From Perna viridis (lineage: Eukaryota): a DNA stretch of 64,000 nucleotides. The stretch spans positions 45,731,626 through 45,795,625 of the forward strand of contig CM074516.1 of assembly GCA_037379345.1 (NCBI GenBank), written 5' to 3'. Numbering within the stretch: the first letter of the stretch is position 1; the number at the start of each line of letters is the position of its first letter. The notes below the pieces were generated by a model. The model was given only the letters and a program-made list of their open reading frames with translations. It was not told the origin of the DNA and searched no databases. A program made the translations under genes and the position numbers. This document shows positions 1-12,800 of the stretch, piece after piece.

Positions 1-799
1 GATTTTATTACAGAAGCCATCTTATCCGAAAGAGTTTTAAATTGATTATAGAAGTCTGTCCTGATACGAATATTAAAGACTAGAGAAGTGATATCTAAAA
101 CCTCTGTGGCTATTTCATGCTATATTTTTATCTTTTATGTTTGTAAAAAAACTTCAAACGAATTATCTTGCTATTTGGAACACATGTTTAATACAATAAA
201 ACAGGTTTTTATTTTTTCTGTTTTAAGCAGATGATGTTTGGGGTCAAAATTTCCTTCTTTTCTGCTAATGGCAAACATTTCTAAAATTCTTAAAACTTTT
301 ATAAAATGGTTTTAAAAAAAAATGGGCGAGTTTTTACGAACAGAATAATGTTACAATTTGTCCAGTCATAGTGTCTGGAAGTATTTACGTAACAAGGGTA
401 CACTAAAGGCCATCCTTAAATAGTACGCTTCTACTTACAGACCACATAACCAGTCATGGTTTGTCTTTCAATTATTGCACTTTCAAGATAAGAAATATAT
501 AAATTTGTATGAAATAGGCATTTTGTAAGAGTTATTGTTCTTGGTTTGGTTAATTTATGTTAGAGATGAATGTAGGGTTTTAAAATAAAAAAATTCAAGC
601 CCGAATACTTATGGAATATCGTTATATCAAAGTATATAATGTGAAGAGTTAAGACTGAAAAAGCATTGTTTGTATTTAGGTTTGTCTACACCATGAATGT
701 GTGAATTTTGTATGGACTGCTAATTAAGACCTATTTTATAATCACTCATTGTTTGGTATATAAAAGTCTATTATGTTACATTATTCTTTCCTTTTCCAG

Positions 800-849
800 A
801 TGCAAAAAGACCCAAGTTGGCTGATAAAACATTACAGATAACTGATGAG
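800..849 (+). CDS. TEX11: TEX11 exon ((D)AKRPKLADKTLQITDE)
   Basis: ttccAG acceptor and GTtgga donor; phase 1 to 0; aligns to the WLDAGN..AD region. Confidence 0.75.
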
Positions 850-3800
850 GTTGGATGTTACATATACGTGAAAGATGGAATTTATCAATAGCTTTTGAAA
901 GTGAATTCTTAATTTTGTCGCTTTCAAATGAAATGAATGTTTTCATTTTTCATTAGTTTATCTTTCAGTAAAATTGTTAACTGAAATTAACAAAAACAGA
1001 CTTGCTTCTTAGATCTGGTAAGTTACAAAATGTAGAATGAATTTTTGTTGGTTCCATTTCTTTCTTTCAATAATAAAAACTATTTGGAGATTTAAGTACT
1101 TCTTAGGTTAATAGATATACAACCACTTGCTATGGCTATTCTGGTCATTTTTCAATTTCAGTATGTGAAAGTGTGCCAAAGAATAATTGTACAGAAGATA
1201 AATAGTAATGGACCTTCAGATCAGCTTAAACAACAGAAGATAGACATAGAACAAAATGTGTTTAAAATACTGTGCTACAGAGCTGAAAGTGTAAGTTTCT
1301 TGTACAGAGCTGAAAGTGTAAGTTTCTTGTACGGAGTTGAAAGTGTAAGTTTATTGTACAGAGCCGGAAGTGTAAATTTATTGTACAGAGCTAAAAGTAT
1401 GAGTTTATTGTACAGAACTGAAAGTTTAGGTTTATTGTACAGAGCTCAAAGGGTAGGTTTCTTGTACGGAGCTGAAAGTGTAAGTTTATTGTACAGAGCT
1501 GAAAGTGTAGGTTTATTGTACAGAGCTGAAAGTGTAAGTTTCTTGTACAGAGCTGAAAGTGTAAGTTTATTGTACAGAGCTGAAAATGTATGTGCAATAT
1601 TTAAACTCAAATGAGACAGAAACAAGTTAAGATAAAATGAAATAGAGCCATAAATTATGGGAAATGTGACTAAAAGAAGCCTCATCAGCAATTTGCAGGT
1701 AATTGAAAAGTGTACATGAAACAGCAATTACAGACAGTTCTTGTCATCAAGTGGAGTAGGTCTCACTCTCTACAGCAACCTTTTACCAGACCCTAACAGA
1801 CTTCTGGAACTTATAAATCCAAAAGGCTTGAAGTAATGCTTTATGTTGTTTTCTTTTATTCGTTGAATAAATGTCAATTTCTAAATATCAAGTTTTTGAA
1901 TGTTTGGCAACTGAGGAATTCTCCACAAACCATAATTCTTTTTTTTAATGATCAAATCTTCAAATAAAATATCATCTGTCATTGTTTTAAAGTGTTTAGA
2001 GGAAAATAGATGCCAGGAAGCTCTAGAGATGGCACTTCTTGCCAAGGAGATGTTGGTCAACTTTCCTAAAGAGGTATGTTGATATGTGACTGGTGAGAAT
2101 GCAGTAATTGTTACAGCCTGCTTTGTGTTGGATGTTCTGGCACTGTGATTGTGTATCTTGTCAAATACTTTATTCAAAGTCTACAAATTATCCTTTTGTG
2201 TATATGTGTATAAGTGCATGAATTGTCAAAAAAAATGTTGACATTAAAACTGACCGATCAAAATTTGAGATTCTAATGTTTCAGAAGAGTTTTGTTGTTT
2301 TTTGTTTTTTGTTTTTTGTTTTCAATTGTATGAATACATTTGGATAGAAATAGAAAATATTACACAACATATTTTCATTTGTTTTTACATGTTTAAAACT
2401 AATGTTCTACATATAAAGATATATTTAGGACTAAAAAATTAATTCGTGAAAAACACAAAAGTATAAAAGTTATATTGTAAACATATTTTCCAAATGATTT
2501 CACATATTATATGCCTATGATATTGAACAAAATGAATACATCTTAATGGGTTTTAATAGGTGCAAAAAAACAATATTTCCCAAACTGGTGTCTTACAATG
2601 TTTTGCTTTCTCTCAAAACCCATTATATTGTAAAACATCAAAAACACATTATTTCTTTGGCTGTATTTTGAAGGGTGCTTTCCTATCTATGATGTGTTAT
2701 AACTTTGGAGTAGACATGTACCAGAAGAAGAGATATGAAGAAGCTGTAACATGGCTGAGAGAAAGTTTTGAACTAGGGAAGGGTAAAAATAGTATTGGTT
2801 CAAAAAACCAGGTTTGTTCAGAATATGTCCTCGTGGTAATGAAACTACAAGTTGTAATACTGTAAAATGACATTTTTGCAAGCAAATTATTTTGGCTTAT
2901 TTCCTAAGGACGATAAAATAATGAACATTATGGGATACATACTAGAGTTCTGGTTGCAAGTATTAATAGCAGGACAATTGAGATTACACCCTGAAATACC
3001 AAAAAAAAAGAACGTCAACTGAAATAGGTTTACAGTTACATATTTTTATGTATTACACAATCTATGTTTCTAATGGTGGATGTTGTTATTATAACAAATC
3101 AAAATCATGATATGTCTTGGTACTCCATTTCTGTGAACTACATATGTAAAGTTCCGAAGAAAACTGCTGAATTTAATAAGAATGAAACCTCCATTGTCTG
3201 TCTTTCTTAAATTCTATTTATAGACAATTAAACAACATTACTTTATGTCAGGAGTTGTCCTAAATATATGCCCAATCACATGAATATCATTAAAATCCTA
3301 AATGAGCTGTTATTGTTTTACTTTAGCAGACAGTAAGGTTACTGTGATATTGAATTTTACCATTGATTGCATTACCATTCAGTTTTCACATTCTGTTAAA
3401 GGCTAGAACACTGAGATTGTTGGCCAGCACTTACATTGAGTGGAGTCCAAAAGAACATCTACAGAAAGCTTTAAATGCTGTGACATTAGCAAATGCAGTG
3501 AGTTGAGTTTTCACACTTAATTGGTGTTGAAATGCCTTACCCAAGGTTAAGGACATAGTTTAGATCATTGAAAATGAAATATCGTCAGACCAATGGAAAA
3601 GTCTAGTAAAATGACTGCCAGTCCAGTAAATTTTTTTATAATCCTGGTCCCAATGTGTGGTGTATTTTCCAGCGGCGGATTTGGAAATTATGGTACTTTT
3701 TCAATTTCTATTGAACAAATCACTGACAATCAGTCCCTCTATACTGTGTTCTCTCAAAACGAAGCTTTAAAACAATGCTCAATGTATTGGCCATTGGATT

Positions 3801-6800
3801 TCTTCCTCAAAAAAATGATCTGCTTTCCAAGGAAAGCATGGTGTCCACAACAGCAATCCACTCACTCGATTCGATGGAAAGTTATACGGATGTCACCGGA
3901 ATCATCCAAGGAGTTACCAGATTTGTTTGTAAACAAAGAAATATGATTACGAATGAACTTTTGTATAGAATTTTCCTGTAAGAAGAGATGATAAAAGTAA
4001 ATGAGCTGCTTCAATGAGGAATACTTGGTGGAATGGATACCAACAGTTTGCATTATTTAACCATTAGGAGGTAACTTATTTAACAATTTGTTTTATGAGA
4101 GAGTGTACAGTGAACTTGTGAAAGAGGTAGTCAAACTTTATAATCAATCAGCACTTGACAATAAGAGAAGCTTTAAACAATTCTATTTTGCTGTTAATAA
4201 AGTCTTTTGATTCATAGACAGCTGAATAAGTAATGGTGACGTGTTTTTAGAATTACATAAAAGTAAATTCTTCATTTATTTTTTTTTTTTATTTTTATTC
4301 ACTAGATTCGTTTTTTTGTGATTGTATTTATGAATTTTATTTCTTCAATATAATTATTTTTTTTAGAAGATTCTGATGCTTTGCAGAGGCGGAAGATTTA
4401 GCAGTCCTCAATTTAATTCCTTCAAGCGATGGTAATGAAGAATTCACAGCATAAAATAATGGGAGGAGATACTCTTTATTTCAGAAAGAACTGAGACATA
4501 AAATAATGGAAGGAGATATTCTTTATTTCAAGAAAGAACTTAAGACTTCTCTCAATAAATTACTAAAAATCATTTCTCCATTTAATCTTCTGAAGCCATA
4601 TCAGTTTGTTCACACCAGAATTATGTTATAGTAATATAACCTCGATTTTTTTTTTCGGTCTAGTTAAGTTTCTTTAATTACAAGACCGAATGTCCTGTAA
4701 AAAAATTTTACGTTTCACGGTCACTGCTAGATGCCCTCTTAAGTTGGGGCCCTTTGATATTATGCCTTAAATTAAGATTTGCAGAAACTTGAAAATCATA
4801 CTACATGTAATAACTTCCAAACATAGTTAACCGGTTTTTACTGGATATCGGTTATTATTGTCATATTCACTTTCACATTATTTAATTGACAGGTTGAATA
4901 TTGTTTAAAATAATAAAACTGTATAAATAATTTTCATTGCCTAAATTATGCGAATTACTTTTGTTTTCTAATTTTGCGTATTAAAAACTTTTCCATATAA
5001 TGAGTATAGGTATGATGTAAAAGTGAAAGAGACAACAACCCCACCATGGGTAGCATGTTTGGTAATCTTATTTAGTTTAGGATGTGCTCACTAGAAAACA
5101 TTGTATTGTTTTCATTGTCATTATTTGTTGACTTTACCAAAGAAATACATTTTGCTTTGCAAATAGGTTTGGTATGCTTTAACTTGAAAAATTTTTTTTA
5201 CAGGAACATTCACACCCAGCAGGATTATATATTAAGCTGAAGATACTATTAGTAAATGGTGACTCTGATGAAGGAATTGGAAGAGGTATTGTCTGAATGA
5301 GGGGGTTTAATGTGACTTATTTTTGACTGCATAAATTAGAAGTAAAACAGCTATTTGGCCAGTTTAGTCTCTCTGCGAATGTTTCAAATATTCCATTACT
5401 GGTTCACCTGGCCTTAAAAGCAGTTTGATTTATTGTTATCTCACGGCTTCTGTTGTCCTTGTTTAAATGTCTGCTTAACTAAAACTACTTGACTGATTTT
5501 AATTAAAGTTTACATGAATTTTTCTACAGTATCCTGCACAAAACTTGTATTTGAATTATTGATTTGTTAAAATACATGGCTGACATTGGTAAAGCAACTT
5601 ATTTCAAGGTATATTTCAAACATTATTGTCAGATAGAGAAAAATACTAGACCCACCCTCTTAAGCTTAAAGAGCTGTGCAACAGCTTTCATATGGTTGAA
5701 GCTGAAGGCGACTCTTTATTATAATTATTGCCCTCGAAAGAGGAAAAATGACATTTTTTTAGCGACTTTTGCCAATATTTTGAAAACCATAAAAAAAAAA
5801 CTTTCTATTGATGAAATGATCTTTACAATAAGGCTTTAAAAGTCTTTATTTGGTCGAGGTTGTAGTTCTTGGCCAATTTCCTGAAAACTGTAATGGACTG
5901 AAAGAAACTAACAATTGATGAAATAATTTTTATGACTCCTGCTCTTGAAGTGCAGTAAGTGACATGTTGTAGTTCTTGGCCAATTTCCTGAAAACTGTAA
6001 TGGACTGAAAGAAACTAACAATTGATGAAATAATTTTTATGACATTGCCTTTGACATCTTTTTGAAGTTGAAGACTAACTTCTTGTTATAAATTTTGCCT
6101 TTAAAATGCTAAACATGAACCAAGTGAGTAATTCAGGCTTCTGGGTGCCTCTAGTGTTTCCATTAGGGTCAGCTACTGTATGTGGGTTTTTGGTTAGTGT
6201 CTTTTAGTTTGTAATTTTTATGTATATTTCAGTTAAGGTACTGTTAAAGATCAGCTTTTTCCATTGAATTGTATATTGTCAGTACATTTGTACACATGTA
6301 CAATAAATGATTTATATATTTATATATATCTGTTAGTAGTGTGAAGCTAAGCATCAGTATTATGTCACCTTATTTTCTTGCTGTAATTACAGCGGTAGAA
6401 GATATTTTACAACAATCGGGAACATCTGTTGACATGGTTCTATCACTGACCCAGCTTCTTAATGAGAGTAAAAGGTACTTAATGTTGTCATTTTTGAAGT
6501 TCTAATGGCTTTGAATAATAAACAGAATTGAGAAATTTTTTTTGTTTTTGTTTTTTATTGTTTTTAGTATATTTAAATTCTTATCTTATTTATATGGCAC
6601 ATTGTAGTTTAAAACCAAAAAGATATGGACATTATAATTTGAAAAAAATCTCTTGTGACACGAATAACTGCTAAACTATTTTTGTATTGTATCCTGAAAT
6701 ATCATTTTATGAGATTACTTTCTACTCTGAATTTGCAGTTATGGCTAACCATATACCTACACGAAGAAGTATCAGAATTTCTTGTAATGTAAAATCAGTT

Positions 6801-9800
6801 TATTTTTGTTTTGTGGCTCAGACTTTTTTGAACAGGTTTTTACGTGTGTTTAATGGTGTTGTATTTTTTCCACAGTGGCCAGATTAAAAAGGGGGAGGGC
6901 TGTGATCACACAAAGTACTTTAACCAGCACCATGTTTTTTTGTGCTTGTCCCAAGTCTGGAATTTCTGAGCTCTCTATGTCTTGTTATTTTTTCACTTTC
7001 AGTTAACTTTTTGGGGTTTGCTGCAGCCTGCCATGTTGTTTGAGGTTTCCTGGCCATTTATTGAAGACCCATGGGTGGCCTTGAGCTCTCATTTTTCATT
7101 CCTGTGGGGATATTATCTCTTCCACATATTCACCATAGTCATTCTTGTTATATTAATTAGGAATATTTTCCAGATATGAAGTCTCTAAAGAAGTTTTGGT
7201 CCATTCTTTGACAAAGTTTGATAGCAGTCCAGACCTTGGGAAACTGAAGACCACTCAACTAGAACTATTGTTACAGTCCAAACAAGCCGAGGCAGCCAAA
7301 CAGCTTGTAGAACAGAGTATCATTGGTCAATATAAGGAATTTGATGGATTTAAAATTAAATTGGCAGAGGACCAGTTTCCTCTATTAACTATACAAATTT
7401 AATATGTAATATAATTAGTAATAAAGATCATTGGTAAATAAAGTTTATAGTGTTTCAATAACTCACATTTTGAATTAATATGTTGTAAACATTATCATAC
7501 AAAGAAAATGAAAATAATATTCATTTACAGCTTTGAAACCAATATCACAATATTAAATGCATTTATACAAATGAAAGATGAAGTCCTTTAAGGTAGACTA
7601 CATGATATAAAACTCATATTAGATTATTGATGTCAAACACTAAGTTCTTTAATAAATGTCCATTACATTTTTAAACTGTTTTGATATTCAAATTTTAAAT
7701 GATGTGACTGTAACATAAAATTCAAAATATTAATTTTTTTACTTTTTCCAGATCACAACACTGGACAACCATTAGACAAAGATGTTCTTAAAAGATTTCA
7801 TGTTCTGTTATGGGAAAAGGCAGGAGAGGAATTTGAGGTATACATATGTACTTGAAAAGTGCAAAGATAGATGTACAGTTGTCTCCCCTGAAGTCATTAT
7901 GATGTTAAATCCAAACATAATTGAGAACTCTAGAAAGTCCAGTAACCCACTGTTAATATCATTATTCAGCAATCAAAATTAGATCATTTCTGCAAGAATG
8001 ATAATGGCACCACCAGGGGAATTGTCAATGGCTTCATCACTTTTATGTTCATATGTCTTTAGTATCTTCAGTCCTGCATTCTTCATTGCATCTAGTACAT
8101 CATACTTGGTCACAGTCATGTCTTTGAAGATTTCATTTCCCACAGGATAAATTGCCCCATTAAGTAATTCAGCAAATACAAGTTTTCCTCCTTGTCTCAA
8201 CAGTGATGTCATGTTTTTCATGGCCTTTTGGTATTCATCTAAAGTTTTACATGCTGCTTCTAAACATTGACATGTACTGATCACGTCCAGATCTTTATAT
8301 TCTGTTTCAGCCATGGGATTTGTATGGTGAACATCACATGGCAGTATTCTTTTTATTTTATTTCTTAAGTCTTCCTCTTTCTTTAACCAATCTGATCTGA
8401 AATCAAAGCTGTATATTTTCAGTTTATCAATTTTAGAAAGGAATGTAAGTGAAAACTATTTTGGATAAAGTAATTTGATGAATTTAGATGAATTAAGGTG
8501 ACAAATACACTATCAAGAGTTATAGGACTATCTATTACCAAAAAAAAAGTGAGGTACAGGCTTGTTATGTAGCGGTACTGTGAAAATGCTTTAATATGTG
8601 GATGCAAATTTTCGTAGATTAGGGAAGAAACACAAATTTGTTGATTCTTGAATTCATGGTTTTGAAGTTTTCAGTATACATATCTGTGACAATTTTCTTT
8701 TCGTTGGCAACCCAATATTGTGGTTTGACCTACCCACAAAAACCACGAACAATAATACTTCACAGTACTTTATTGCATCTGTTCAACATACTACACAATC
8801 CAGCTTGTGCTAGATTTTATGTGCTTGCCTACAAGAAGGCAATGCATACTCTGAAAACCTGTGCTTAGATGAGAAGTGGTAAGTACATGTGTGACGCTTC
8901 CAGTGATGTTCATCAACAAAGTTCATGTGCTGCTCTCTGACCATCTAGTTTGTATTTAATAAAGTCATGAGAGATTAAAATGATATAAAACTCAATTTAC
9001 TTACTCATTACCATCAAGTTTACTGAAGAATTTAAAGAAAGGTGTCCAGTCATGAGCCTCTGTGTCTTTCTGTAGCCACTTCTCCTGCATTTCTCTGTTA
9101 AGTTGGCAAACATCAGTCAAGATAATCTCCTCAAACTGTGCTACAGCTGGGATAATAGTATGAAGACTAGGTCCTGTACCTATATCTAATAGTCTATGAC
9201 CTTTAACTTCACCTGTTAAAATAGAAATCTTATATTAATTAAGATAATTTAACGACCTCAGAGATCGTTTTAATATTCCCTGAATTAGTTCTGTCTCATA
9301 ATAGTTGTATGGTAATGAATGGAAATCTCACTTGGTTCAACTGGTCAATTTTTTGATGTATGATTTTTCCTGATCTGTGTGGCATGTTCAATCTACTAAA
9401 ACAACTTATTGTATAATTTCTTGATCGGTGTCATCCTGGTTGGCCCACTTTTAATTACAGATATAATTAAACATAAGGGGTTAAGGGGTCACTTGATTAT
9501 TGTAAATTTCAATTTTAATCAGCAACTACAATCCATTGCTACATGATATTTGCCATGTACAATTTCAGTTAGAGATCTTATACTGTACTAATTGATTTCA
9601 AATCAATGTTGAGATTGTAAATAGTATGAAGTCTAAAAAAATGATATTTCTTGTAATGAATTTGAAGAGGAGAAATTCTGATTATTACATTACTTGGCAT
9701 GTCGTGTTTTGAAGTCCTGTCTCAGATACAGTTCACATCCTAACTACTATGAGAGTAGTTTTTGATACTTTTATCTAACTATCAAAATACTATCAACTTA

Positions 9801-12800
9801 ACAACTTACCAGATGAATATATTGTGTTTAATGTGTCCAAAAGAAAAATCAGATATTTTTGAAATTCAGGAAATGGATGTTGTTCAATTTGTTGATAAAA
9901 AGTTGACAAATATAATTTAGGGTTGAAATATGTCTGAAAGTCATATCCCTGACGAATCTGTTCTTCCATACTTTCTTCTGAAATTTACAAATAATAATCT
10001 GTAAGTTGTACCTGTAGAACTATACCAAAAGGATGTTTGGATGGTTTTACCCCAGACAGTAGGTGTGACACAAAAAGAAAAAGTATATGTAGGGTTCATT
10101 TCATAATAATTATTTTCTGCTTTAAGTCATGGGTTACTAGAAATTGTTGAAAAAAATATTTATGCTATGAAATGGTTAAAACCAGAGGAGTCCTAAAATC
10201 TGACAAAAATGACCGAACATGAGCAGCAATTATCCTTAGTGTTATGAATTCCATGTTTTTGAATTAAGCAGTATTTTATGTTAACTAATGAATCCAAGTT
10301 TGCAAGAGATTTTCCTCATATAGGATGTAAATGGTTATGTCCCCTTCCTACCGGAAATCCTTGAGGTGCCCCTGGCTTTTGTGTCGGTTATTGCTCAAAC
10401 AAAATCTTCTTGGGATGTACATACTTTTTTTGTTTTGTAAATTTGTGTTTTTATCCAACCTATGCATAAAATAAAGTGATAAATATGCTGTACAGAACAT
10501 AATAGTCCGTGAGTTTTTTTTCATTGAATGCATTCTATAATTGTATTTCTCTGGTAATTTTAGTAGAGTTTAACAATATTGATATAAGCCAGCTTTGTTT
10601 AATAAATTTTGCTTTAGAGTGATAAATAATACCACTGTACTAGTACAGATATAAGTGTTCTGTAGTTTGATAGAATTATGAACCAGTTTACAATGATTTC
10701 CTTGGATAAAAAAGTTATCCTTACCTCTGACCTCTGCCTGTATAGCTTTATAATACTTTATGTGAACTTGAAGTATACTGACTTATATGATCTTAAATTA
10801 TCGGTTTGTTGACCACTTAGGTATGTGGAATTTGTTTGTCTTGACCAAGTGACTTCACTTTACGATAATCAATATAAGTTAGTGGAATTACCCTTCAACT
10901 TGTAATGAATTTGCAAATGTATCAAGCTTTCCTGAAGAAATCAATGATAATTGTATAGAATGAAGAGAAAATGTCAATCACCATTTTGATTATGTAATCT
11001 GGCATGGGCTTGTGAAAACTAATAAATTTTTCAGGTGCATTTCTTTGAAATTACATCTTATTGTTTAAATAAAATGTATAAATTTATATTTTTCAGAGTA
11101 AAGACTACCAGTCCTCCCTTGATTGGTACAACTATTCCCTGAGTTTATATGAAGTTCAGTCTGGAGATAAAAACTTGGCCAAATTACATAGGAACAGAGC
11201 TAACTGTTACATTAATCTACAGATGAATGTCAAGGTTAGGTCATTGCTGTTTAAATTGATTTATTTAAACACTTCAAGACAAGGAGTTAGAGAAATTTTG
11301 GATAATTTTTAAAGTAGTTTTGATCTCCTTTAAAAAAAAAAAAAAACACACAAAGAAATTGACCTGTTCTCCCTACACGTATGAAATATTTACTATGTTT
11401 ATGTTGTCCTCTCAGGCTGATGATGTGCTACATGAAGCAGAGAAGTATGATCCAGAATCTGTACACACCCAGTTCACCATGTATAAACTAGCTTTGGCTC
11501 AGTCTGATCTAGAAAAAGGTTTGATTCTGAAATATCAAATACCTAAATCTGTTACATATTATATAACTTTAAACTGTCAGTTAAAATACATGTAGTTTAT
11601 AATGCGAGTTAATGAGATCAGATAATTTTGTTAACTTCATAAAAGGGCTAGTGACATCATATAAAGTCAACAAAAATAGAAAAAAAAATACACATGTTTA
11701 TATTTATGAAACCATGATACAACATTCACACAGATGGATTCAGAGATCTTAAAAGGAGTCCAGAGGAGTATCAGAAAAAAAATGGGGATTTCAGGCTACT
11801 ATTTGTTCATATGTGTTTAAATTTTGTCCAAAACAAAATACTTCAATAAAAAAGGGGGTTTTCTGGCCCCTGGATCCATTCATAGTGATTATGTTTATTT
11901 AGACAACAAAGGATTGTGGAGTCAGTCAACTGCTTAAAGAGAGATAACTCTGTTTGAAACAGAATTAATTGATGCTGTCAATCGTAATCTTATTGTTATC
12001 AAAATGTATTTCAAGTAGGAAAGAGATTTGAGTATGTATCACTAAGCTTAGTGAATCAAATAGAGTATGTTAAGGATAAGGAGATTCACATGTGTCCCTT
12101 AGATATAACCCTGCAACCAAGGCTCTTTTTGTTATATGAGAATCACCCTGTCTGTCTGTTTTGCTCTTCTGTCTACATATCTTGTAAGCAGAAGTTTTAA
12201 CCAGTTGAGATTTTGATAAAATTTCATAGGAAGGTTGGGTATCAAATGTAGATGTGCATGAAGGAATGCATTCATTCTCAGAAGACTCCAAAGTGAAATA
12301 ATGGTTAAACATATAACTCCATTTGAGCATGAGTTATTTTCTTGTTACCTTGATTACTGTATTTCTAGTTGTCATATTAATTTTTGCCTCATTGACATTC
12401 CAAACATATGCAATTATACTTTTGCTTGTTAATTTGTCTGTTCACAAAATTCCAAGAAGTCCATTTTACTAGAAATTGTAATTCCCAAGTTCTATCTGAA
12501 TTCAGGTTTTGATGAGTGCTGTTGATGATATGGTTATGTAATTAGACATCACACATGGTAGAATGAGGTACAAAGGACAGTTTGATACTTATTCTGATGT
12601 TATTCTATGTTTATTAATTTGTTGATGTTCACTATTACTTTAGCAAAAGCTTCATTACATAAGATGTGTGTGTTCGCTACAAACAGTATGTCAGAAGACA
12701 GTGATGTTCACAGTTTGATTTGCTTGGCTGCTCATATGGCTTTTGAGGTATTGTGAAACTATACAAAGGTGCTCAAAAAATTAAAATCTGTCTTCCATGA

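Noticed and set aside
1132-1727. ORFs 1132-1614(+), 1391-1597(-) and 1446-1727(-) as standalone repeat proteins
   Set aside because: They are products of the 27-bp minisatellite; only the TEX11 exon portion is supported as coding.
3593-4053. 117-aa ORF and overlapping short ORFs
   Set aside because: They lie within a degenerate intronic transposon and show no recognisable domain.
10720-10755. Minus-strand donor (GAG|GTAAGG) plus TATAAAG as the NNMT-like promoter or UTR exon
   Set aside because: The TATA-like motif is too close to the donor to fit a TSS and exon; it cannot be supported without transcripts.
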